Source: an uncultured Gammaproteobacteria bacterium
GTDB lineage: Bacteria; Pseudomonadota; Gammaproteobacteria; Berkiellales; Berkiellaceae
DNA: 64,000 nucleotides
Direction: 5' to 3'
Assembly (NCBI GenBank): GCA_902826485.1
Contig: CADEEZ010000002.1
Coordinates: 18,077 to 82,076 of the forward strand
This document shows, in pieces, positions 8,813 through 16,089 of the stretch. Position 1 is the first letter of the stretch. The number at the start of each line of letters is the position of its first letter. A program made the translations under genes and the position numbers. The notes beneath the pieces were generated by a model, which was not told the origin of the DNA, searched no databases, and worked only from the letters and a program-made list of their open reading frames with translations.

Positions 8813-9451
8813 ATGAAAAAACCAAAGGTTATCTTAATAAACGGTATTTTAAACGTTAAATACTGTATGGCATGGATAGGGCGCTATTTGCGAAAAAAGG
8901 ATTATGACGTCACTTTATTGGGCTATCCTTCCACTCGATATAACCTGGCAGAACTCGTAGAAAAGATTCATCCTAAAATACAAAAGCTCACTCAAAATAA
9001 TACACAACCCATTCATTTTGTTTGTCATTCAATGGGTGGGTTATTGCTACGCGCTTATTTAGAAAAATATCCTATTTCTCATTTAGGCAGAGTCGTCTTT
9101 TTGGCTACCCCAAATGGGGGAAGCGAACTAGCGGATTTTTTGAGTAGGTTTAAATTATACCGTTGGTTGTTTGGGCCAGCAGGATTACAGTTAACCACCA
9201 GCCAAACGCCTCATTTATTCAAACAGCCCATTGCTTTTGAATTAGGGGTAATAATGGGGGATAAACCGAGTATTAATTTAAGCTGTTTTAAGGGTCCTAA
9301 TGATGGGAATGTGACGGTGGAAAGCAGCAAAGTAGCAGGCATGAAAGATCATATTGTTCTGCCTAAAAACCATTTGAATATGTTGATGGATAGGCAGACG
9401 AATTTTCAAATAGATTATTTTTTGAAAGAGGGTGTGTTTTACAGAAATTGA
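8813..9451 (+). CDS. Alpha/beta-fold hydrolase (esterase/lipase-like)
   Basis: Nucleophile elbow FVCHSMGGLL (GxSxG) and an N-terminal beta-strand KVILINGIL. The ORF is open from 8693, but the ATG at 8813 (MKKPKVILINGIL) gives the canonical N-terminus. Confidence 0.65.
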   Translation: MKKPKVILINGILNVKYCMAWIGRYLRKKDYDVTLLGYPSTRYNLAELVEKIHPKIQKLTQNNTQPIHFVCHSMGGLLLRAYLEKYPISHLGRVVFLATPNGGSELADFLSRFKLYRWLFGPAGLQLTTSQTPHLFKQPIAFELGVIMGDKPSINLSCFKGPNDGNVTVESSKVAGMKDHIVLPKNHLNMLMDRQTNFQIDYFLKEGVFYRN

Positions 9452-9485
9452 TTTAAGACGCCATTTAACAATATTATAATTTCTT

Positions 9486-9590
9486 GTCATGCCAGCGTAG
9501 GCTGGCATCCAGGACTTATCTTAATTAATATAAAAAAAGAATTAAACTTGAAGATATTATTGGCTAGATGCCAGCCTTCGCTGGCATGAC
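9486..9590. repeat. MITE/REP-like nested palindromic element (about 105 bp)
   Basis: GTCATGCCAGCGTAGGCTGGCATCCAGG at 9486-9513. Its near-perfect reverse complement (CTAGATGCCAGCCTTCGCTGGCATGAC) lies at 9564-9590. Each arm is itself an 8-bp-stem hairpin (ATGCCAGC/GCTGGCAT), and the core is AT-rich. Confidence 0.7.
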
Positions 9591-9652
9591 AGCTTAGATT
9601 AGTTGTCGTTACGAAAATCCTACTTAGCCTAAAATACCAACCCTAACTTAAG

Positions 9653-10660
9653 CTAGCCTATTTTCCTTTTCTTTAAATCTGGCTGATTATCAGGCTTTTG
9701 TAAAACGCCATCCAGCTGCATTCCGTTTTCATCTCGTTTTCTTTTTAGGTCAGGATTTTCTGGAGTATGATTATTTGCTTCAAAAGAAGGCAAGAAAGTA
9801 GATGTTTGAGCACAATCAGATTGACTTAATGGATTAAGCAATAAGCTTCTTTCTAGTTCTCCGTACCTATTTTTAGTGACTGGATGCACGCCCGTTAAGA
9901 TTAAGGTTTTTAAAGGGTTGTTGTCGCAGTGTAGCCAACGAAGAAACACAAATCCTTGCACATTCAGGGTAGTGAGTTGGTTGTTGTCGCAGTATAACAC
10001 TCGTAGCGCCGCCAGCCCTTGCACATTCAAGGTAGTGAGTTGGTTGTTGTCGCAGTATAACAATCGTAGCGCCGCCAGCTCATGCACATTCAAGGTGGTG
10101 AGTAGATTATTATCGCAGTTTAGGTAGGTTAAATTTTGCCAAAAATTTGTATACCCTTCTGTTTGAAAAAGACTAACAGGAAGGCGAGTAATACAAGCGC
10201 TAGATATATCTAACCTTGTGCTATTGAGGTCAATTTTTGCTTTAATAATTTCACTATTAATTTTATCTAAAAGTGCATTTATTGCTTCTGAAGATTTCAA
10301 TGACACAGTTGTATTTTCTTCAAGCACTTGCGCATTTTCAGCTTTTGCCATTAGGTTAGAATGATGCACTGTTAAATAAGAAATTTCAAATTGTTGACGA
10401 ATTTGAATTTTTTCAAAAGCTTGTTTAAAAGCAGACAGGGTGCTTTCTTGGGGCAAAAGAGGAGGTAAAGTATCATAAATAGCATAAAGACGATTATAAA
10501 GGGGCTGCAAAATGGCCGCATGTGAGCCAACAAATTGGGTGGTTTTGCAAAGCTGTCTAAACTTAGCCAAATCATCGTTGTCTAAAAAGCAGGCGATGAA
10601 TGCCCAAATGTCTTCTGGGAGCCAAAGGCCTTCGTTCTGAGCTTCGGTATTATCGGTCAT
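9653..10660 (-). CDS. F-box plus leucine-rich-repeat protein with C-terminal bipartite basic (NLS-like) motif
   Basis: F-box-like LPEDIWAFIACFLDNDDLAKFRQLCKTT near the N-terminus. Tandem 21-aa LRRs follow (LTTLNVQGLAALRVLYCDNNQ, three or more copies). The C-terminus reads KRKRDENGMQLDGVLQKPDNQPDLKKRKIG. Confidence 0.8.
   Translation of the reverse strand: MTDNTEAQNEGLWLPEDIWAFIACFLDNDDLAKFRQLCKTTQFVGSHAAILQPLYNRLYAIYDTLPPLLPQESTLSAFKQAFEKIQIRQQFEISYLTVHHSNLMAKAENAQVLEENTTVSLKSSEAINALLDKINSEIIKAKIDLNSTRLDISSACITRLPVSLFQTEGYTNFWQNLTYLNCDNNLLTTLNVHELAALRLLYCDNNQLTTLNVQGLAALRVLYCDNNQLTTLNVQGFVFLRWLHCDNNPLKTLILTGVHPVTKNRYGELERSLLLNPLSQSDCAQTSTFLPSFEANNHTPENPDLKRKRDENGMQLDGVLQKPDNQPDLKKRKIG
9892..10143. 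repeat. Tandem 63-bp coding repeats (LRR units) inside the F-box gene
   Basis: Units at 9955-10017 and 10018-10080 are nearly identical at the DNA level (CTTGCACATTCARGGTAGTGAGTTGGTTGTTGTCGCAGTATAACA...). The flanking units are more diverged. The period of 63 bp equals 21 aa. Confidence 0.85.
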
Positions 10661-10763
10661 AAAATGTCTCCTAAATTATTTGAGCATTAGAGTAAGTAGG
10701 CTATTTTCTAGCCCCCTCGCTCGCGGGGGTTGGGGTGGGCCTTTTTTATAAGAGGGTGATTGC

Positions 10764-13709
10764 TTAAAAATCCAAACTAACCCCAGCATTTGTTAATCTA
10801 CTGCCACCAACTCCTGTTTTTAGAGGAGATTTCGGGAGCGCATTCGCTTTAGAAGGGCTCCGTGGGGGCGTCGGAGTAGATCTCAGTGGGGTGTACATTA
10901 TGTTATGCACTAGCTCAATAACATGCTTTTGTTGAGGCGCAGCCATTTCAGTTAAAATGTCTAGAACGCCTGCAAATTCATCTTTATCTGAGTGATCATT
11001 TAATTTAGTTTCAATTTCTTGATTTAAATCTTGACTCAAATTTTTCCAAACATAACTTTGTAAATAAATGCCTAGAAGATCGAGATTTTTTTGTTCAGCC
11101 TCAAATAACACTTCAGTTAACACTTCAGCAAACAAAGCATAAGTTTTAAGATCATATTTATCAAGGTTAAAAACAGGAAGAGTGATTAATTGGCTTTGAA
11201 TTAAATCAAACATCGATTCTTTAATAACAATATTTTGTAAGCGTTTCGCTAACATATTTACCATCATGGTATTGGTTTTATTTTTTTTTAACATCTCGCG
11301 TATTTGATTGGCATTAGAAGAATAGGGGTTATTTAAAGTTATGGCATTTTGTGTAGGTTCTGTTTTTAGATTTTCTTGATTGTCTTCTTTTGGTTCAGCA
11401 TTATCTTGTGCAATATAAAACTTTTTCACCCATTTTTGATATTCATGCGCAAATTTCCCGGATAATTTTCCTCGAGCAGGGTCTAATAGATATTGAAAGA
11501 CATAGCTTTGCTCGTTAAAGTCATTTTTATTGGTTAGTGCTAACCGACCACTTTTTTCCAGTTCTTTATTAACGAGAATGATATTATTATCTTGTGTGCC
11601 AATGGTATCAATAAAATCTTTTCTGAGTGTTATTAGTTTTTCATCATAATTTTCTAAACCTAGAAATATATTTTGGGCGCGCCAACCTGTTTCAGTTAAT
11701 AAGGTCATGGTTTCCAAGAGGGTTAGCCCTTCTTGTTCCGTCTGACATTTTTCTAAGCTTTCTTTAAATTGAGTGAAAATATGAGGTTCCATAATGCCTT
11801 CAATAAACATTTTGGTGCTAACCGTTTGTTTGGTTAAAGGATGCTCATATCCCATGTTTGCGATTCTACCCAAGTAGCCTGGATAACAACTGGGACCATC
11901 GTGCTTATTTTTATAATCTTCAGAATGAGCAGAACGCATATCGGCTAATTCTGAAATAAAATTATCACGTCTGGCTTCTAGGATTTCTGTTTTAATTTCT
12001 TGAGAGGCTTCTATCCCATCATTTTTATCGTTTACGAGTAAAAAGTAATGCGCCACCATTTTTCTAACATACATACTTGCTGTGGTGTTAAGTAACTCAG
12101 CGTTTTCTTCTGTGTTAGCAGCTGCTGTCGTGAATAAGGCTTCTTCTTTTTTAGGCGGCGTTAATAAATTGAAAAAACCTTTGTAAGGCGCACGTGCGTC
12201 ATAACCGCGCCAGGCAAGATGGAATCTGTCTGTGCGTGAGTTAAAATGATCGTTTCGGGCTGTTTTCATTAATGCTTTATCTGTGGCTTTTATTAATTCT
12301 TTTTTATTTAATTTAATAAAATCAAGGGTTGCTTGTAAGGGGTTAGCAGCTAAAATTTTATCTAATATCAGCTCGCGAATATTTTGTTCTATTTTAATCA
12401 GCGCAGAAAGGTTTTTGGCTTTGAGCTTGTCAGCTTCTGATATATCTTTTTCTAATAATACATCGAAATCTGACGCAGCGTGCGCAAGAAATTTTTCTTC
12501 GAACGCGGGTTTAACAATTTTCTCGAAAGTGAGTTTAGAACGCGTCACTTTTTCATCGCGCATCGCACTTTCAAGATCTTCAGCGTCTGCTTTTCTTTGT
12601 TCTTCTTCCCAATGATGAATATTGGTTTTTAATTCCAAGATTTCAAATGCTTTTTTCTGAGCGAGTGTTAAGCGAGGGTGGTCATTGATATAAGATTCAG
12701 GAGAGGTTATAAAATCATTTACATCATCAGATAGAGTCGGGGAATCGATAGGGATAATGTCAGTTAGTTTTACTCTATGGCTTACACAATGGGGCATGAG
12801 CAAGCGAACGATGTCGGTATGTTGTTGAGAAGCGGCTCTTTTTAGGCAATAGTTGTTGTCAACGTTAGGGTCAATACCTTTGTCTTTTAAGGCAAGTAGC
12901 AATTCAACGATTTTAGTACGGCCATAATAAGAGGCTCTTTTGAGGGCATGATTGTTACAATCGGCGGGATTGGTTTTAGGGTGATCTAATAATAATTCGA
13001 TGATTTCAGTATATCCCTGTTTTGCACAATCCCGAATGGCCCTATTCTCCTCATAAGAAGGGTCAGTATCTGGATGGGTTAATAAAGCATCAGTTAATTC
13101 ATAGTGATTTCCCTCAACGGCCCAAGGTAATAATTTTTGTACACCAAATCTATTCGATGCAATTAAAGCATTAAATAAATCAGCGTGGGCTTTATGCTTT
13201 ACAGCAGCTTTGATGAATCTGTCTGATAAAACATCAGGTTCAGGATTAGCGGTAAGCAATTTTTGTACGATAAAAACATGGTTATGCTGAACTGCCCATA
13301 ATAATGTTTTTTCATAAGAAATTAATTTTGTATCGATAATAGCTGTAGCGACATCATTATGGCCTGCTTCCACTGATTTTTTTAGTAAATTGTAGAGCAT
13401 TGTGGTGTTTATGTTTTCACTAACACCTTCTAGTTGTAAGAGCTCAGTCAACATATCTGATTGGTTATGTTCGACCGCAAGTTTAATGGCAAGGTATTTT
13501 CCTGTTGTAAAATCAATACGTTCATCTTTAAGTAATAGATTAAAAACGGCTAAGTTTTCTGTTTCGATGGTTGCGCGAATTATTTTCGATGCTTGTTTAG
13601 AGGGATCAAAATTATCATCTTTAAGTATTTTTTTGATTAATTTTTCATTCTCACTTTCTATTGCATCAATAAATTGTTTTTGAGAATAGGAGGTATTTTT
13701 TCTAGCCAT
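10764..13709 (-). CDS. Large (981 aa) ankyrin-repeat protein with an uncharacterised C-terminal region of about 650 aa
   Basis: The N-terminal third (about 310 aa) is made of ANK-like repeats (e.g. NHALKRASYYGRTKIVELLL, NYCLKRAASQQHTDIVRLLM). No motif was recognised in the remainder. The C-terminus is Pro/Ser-rich (TPTPPRSPSKANALPKSPLK). Confidence 0.8.
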   Translation of the reverse strand: MARKNTSYSQKQFIDAIESENEKLIKKILKDDNFDPSKQASKIIRATIETENLAVFNLLLKDERIDFTTGKYLAIKLAVEHNQSDMLTELLQLEGVSENINTTMLYNLLKKSVEAGHNDVATAIIDTKLISYEKTLLWAVQHNHVFIVQKLLTANPEPDVLSDRFIKAAVKHKAHADLFNALIASNRFGVQKLLPWAVEGNHYELTDALLTHPDTDPSYEENRAIRDCAKQGYTEIIELLLDHPKTNPADCNNHALKRASYYGRTKIVELLLALKDKGIDPNVDNNYCLKRAASQQHTDIVRLLMPHCVSHRVKLTDIIPIDSPTLSDDVNDFITSPESYINDHPRLTLAQKKAFEILELKTNIHHWEEEQRKADAEDLESAMRDEKVTRSKLTFEKIVKPAFEEKFLAHAASDFDVLLEKDISEADKLKAKNLSALIKIEQNIRELILDKILAANPLQATLDFIKLNKKELIKATDKALMKTARNDHFNSRTDRFHLAWRGYDARAPYKGFFNLLTPPKKEEALFTTAAANTEENAELLNTTASMYVRKMVAHYFLLVNDKNDGIEASQEIKTEILEARRDNFISELADMRSAHSEDYKNKHDGPSCYPGYLGRIANMGYEHPLTKQTVSTKMFIEGIMEPHIFTQFKESLEKCQTEQEGLTLLETMTLLTETGWRAQNIFLGLENYDEKLITLRKDFIDTIGTQDNNIILVNKELEKSGRLALTNKNDFNEQSYVFQYLLDPARGKLSGKFAHEYQKWVKKFYIAQDNAEPKEDNQENLKTEPTQNAITLNNPYSSNANQIREMLKKNKTNTMMVNMLAKRLQNIVIKESMFDLIQSQLITLPVFNLDKYDLKTYALFAEVLTEVLFEAEQKNLDLLGIYLQSYVWKNLSQDLNQEIETKLNDHSDKDEFAGVLDILTEMAAPQQKHVIELVHNIMYTPLRSTPTPPRSPSKANALPKSPLKTGVGGSRLTNAGVSLDF

Positions 13710-13909
13710 ACAACTAACACCTTTAAAACTTAGCGGAATTAATGAGGCGGGACTATAGCCAGTTTTCGAACCAAAGTCAATTTCATCACCCTATATAATT
13801 ACCAGTTATCGGAATTTGCTTTAAGTCGTCGAGCTTTTTTGATATATTAGTTTTTTATTTAACTAAGTAATTAGATTCATTTTATACATTAACTAAAAGG
13901 CACTATTCA

Positions 13910-14878
13910 ATGGATACTATTGAACTGAGGGATTTAAATTCTAATTCCTGTTTCCCTAATATTGATTTAACAAAATTAGCCAAATCACATAAAGAAACTT
14001 TATTTTTTAGCGCATTAGAGAAATGTAACTTAATGGCTATGCAAGAATTAATATATGCAGGGGTATCTTTAGAATGTAGGAAGGATAATAACACCCCTTT
14101 ATCTTTTGCTGTTCAATATAGCGATTTTAAAACAATAAACTTCCTGCTTTTAAATGGCGCAAATCCCGATCCAGATTCTTTTCGTGGCGAAACGCTATTG
14201 GCGCTCGGCTTAGTAAGATGCGATCAAGATATAACGTGTTCTTTATTAAGTTGGATGTCAGATGAAAAAATTAGAAAATATAAAGAGTCATCTGCTCATT
14301 GCGAAATTATTACTCAATTTGAAGCACTTCGCTCAGCTTATCGTGAAAAATTAAATTCCTTTTTCGCTCCCCTTTTTTGTTCTTTAACTAATCTATCCAT
14401 GATTTTGAAAGAAGTTGTGGGGAACATTGAAAATCGTTTTGAATTGTTGGTAAATAAACCAAATGCAATAAATACTACAGATCAAAATTTTGTTGATGTT
14501 ATTTATAAAGAATTTCCTTGCTGGTATATTTCTGTATTAAAAAAAGAGTCAATTCAAATATGCCATCAAATTTATCAAGATTCGCTAAAAACAAAAGAAA
14601 GGATGGATAATTATTTAGCGACACAGTTCGATCGTCTGTGTGATGATTTTGACAAGATGCAAATGGATCTTCAAAATTCAATACCCCCCGTTATTTTCAC
14701 CCCCCTTGCAGGCAATCCGAATCCAAATAAGCGAAAAGCCAATGGGCAAGCATTAGAAGGTGAAAGAGAATTGAAAAGAAATAAAATTAATAATGACGAA
14801 TCTGATGATGTAATGATGGAAGAAGAAACACCACAAAAAATATGTCGATCTCCTTTTTACTTAAGTTCAAATCATTAA
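13910..14878 (+). CDS. Ankyrin-containing paralogue 1 of a three-gene family (ANK, helical module, bipartite NLS-like motif, acidic tail)
   Basis: Shares LLxGAxP, LLSxMSDExIxxYK, IIxQFExxxxAYRExLxSFF and FPxWYxxxLKxxSI blocks with the ORFs at 15064 and 16090. Contains KRKANGQALEGERELKRNK near the C-terminus. Confidence 0.75.
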   Translation: MDTIELRDLNSNSCFPNIDLTKLAKSHKETLFFSALEKCNLMAMQELIYAGVSLECRKDNNTPLSFAVQYSDFKTINFLLLNGANPDPDSFRGETLLALGLVRCDQDITCSLLSWMSDEKIRKYKESSAHCEIITQFEALRSAYREKLNSFFAPLFCSLTNLSMILKEVVGNIENRFELLVNKPNAINTTDQNFVDVIYKEFPCWYISVLKKESIQICHQIYQDSLKTKERMDNYLATQFDRLCDDFDKMQMDLQNSIPPVIFTPLAGNPNPNKRKANGQALEGERELKRNKINNDESDDVMMEEETPQKICRSPFYLSSNH

Positions 14879-14889
14879 GGTAGAAATTT

Positions 14890-14909
14890 GGGCCGGCCTC
14901 TGCCGGCCC
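14890..14909. repeat. GC-rich hairpin (GGGCCGGC-CTCT-GCCGGCCC), a solo arm of the GGCCGGC repeat family; possible terminator or mRNA stabiliser
   Basis: Perfect 8-bp GC stem 12 nt after the stop codon at 14876-14878. The same GGCCGGCCTC.G.GCCGGCC unit forms the arms of the elements at 17184-17273 and 57267-57360. No clear U-tract follows. Confidence 0.6.
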
Positions 14910-15063
14910 GCCTTAGCTCATTTCTTCCCTACTAAATAAAAGTTTATTAACTAAATCTTTTCGGATTATCATTAAATTAATACCCCCGGTCGTTATTAGT
15001 CTTTTAACCAATATGCATTTTTGATATATTCATATCCTTAACTAATAACCAGAGAGCAGTACG

Positions 15064-16065
15064 ATGGATTCTCAACAAAATTCTCAAAACGCCCTATTTT
15101 TTAACTTATCGCAACCAGAAAAAAATCACTGGTTTTTTGAAGCACTACAATCAGGCGATTTAACTACGGCAAAGATGATACAAAATGAGGGCGCGATTTT
15201 AGATACGTCTGATGGAAAGAATACTAATCTTTTGCAAAAAGCGGCCTTGAGTGGCAATTTTGAAATGGTTGATTTCCTGCTTTTGCAAGGAATAAGTCCT
15301 ACGGCCCAGTCGGCTTTTTATCCCCCTGCAATTCAGTGTGCATTTGACTATGGAAACGAAATTATCGTGTTTCGTTTATTAAGTGAAATGTCGCAAGATG
15401 AAATAGCAGAATATAAAAATATTAAACGATGTCAGGATATTGTTTTAGAATTTGAGCAAAATATAGCCTCGTATCGCGAACAGTTAGCCACATTTTATGA
15501 GCAGTATGTTACGAATAACATGTGTATGCCAAATAATAATAATCCTATTGGGAAGATGATTAAATTAATTAATGAAGCTTTTACTTTTAGTAACAATAAC
15601 AATCAAAAGGGTAATAAGGCTGAATTTGACTGGATTGGGGATCTTTCTTATTCCTTTCCTCGTTGGTATCACCCTCGATTAAAAAATGATTCTATTTTAG
15701 CATGTTGTGAAATATACCGATCTAAAATTCGAGCCAAAATGGAAGCTCAAATGGCTGGACCTCAGACAGTTGGTCTAAGAAATTTTATGAATTCAGGCGA
15801 GGAAATTCTGACTGAGACGCCTTCTATGCTTTTTTCCGAGTTTCATAATACAAACTCTAAAACCATCAATAAAAAGCGAAAAATCGAAAATGAGTTGGCG
15901 TTTGACTATGAGCAAGAAAAAGGAAAACATAAAAAAGTTAAAAATAATATAAATTGTAATCATCACAATGATGATAATAACAACAATAATGATAATGACA
16001 GCGATGATGATTGCTCAAACTACGGCATGGATGAAGAACCAAACAAATTCCAATTTAAATTTTAA
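15064..16065 (+). CDS. Ankyrin-containing paralogue 2 (ANK, helical module, bipartite NLS-like motif, Asp/Asn-rich tail ending EPNKFQFKF)
   Basis: Collinear motif blocks with 13910 and 16090. KKRKIENELAFDYEQEKGKHKKVK is followed by NDDNNNNNDNDSDDD and the C-terminal GMDEEPNKFQFKF. Confidence 0.75.
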   Translation: MDSQQNSQNALFFNLSQPEKNHWFFEALQSGDLTTAKMIQNEGAILDTSDGKNTNLLQKAALSGNFEMVDFLLLQGISPTAQSAFYPPAIQCAFDYGNEIIVFRLLSEMSQDEIAEYKNIKRCQDIVLEFEQNIASYREQLATFYEQYVTNNMCMPNNNNPIGKMIKLINEAFTFSNNNNQKGNKAEFDWIGDLSYSFPRWYHPRLKNDSILACCEIYRSKIRAKMEAQMAGPQTVGLRNFMNSGEEILTETPSMLFSEFHNTNSKTINKKRKIENELAFDYEQEKGKHKKVKNNINCNHHNDDNNNNNDNDSDDDCSNYGMDEEPNKFQFKF

Positions 16066-16089
16066 TCAATAATAAGCGAGTAGTCTGTT

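Noticed and set aside
9892-10143. Regularly spaced direct repeats that could superficially suggest a CRISPR array
   Set aside because: The repeats are contiguous 63-bp units with no unique spacers. They are in-frame and encode 21-aa leucine-rich repeats of the F-box protein.
10711-10750. GC-rich segment GCCCCCTCGCTCGCGGGGGTTGGGGTGGGCCTTTTTT between the F-box gene and the 981-aa ANK gene
   Set aside because: It can form only a short 5-bp stem. Its T-run is on the plus strand, while both flanking genes are on the minus strand. Its function as a terminator for either gene is unsupported, and it may be another decayed GC-rich repeat.
12283-13683. Plus-strand ORFs of 110 aa and 93 aa inside the 981-aa ankyrin gene
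   Set aside because: They are Ser/Phe/Ile-rich antisense translations of an AT-rich coding region, so they are probably spurious.
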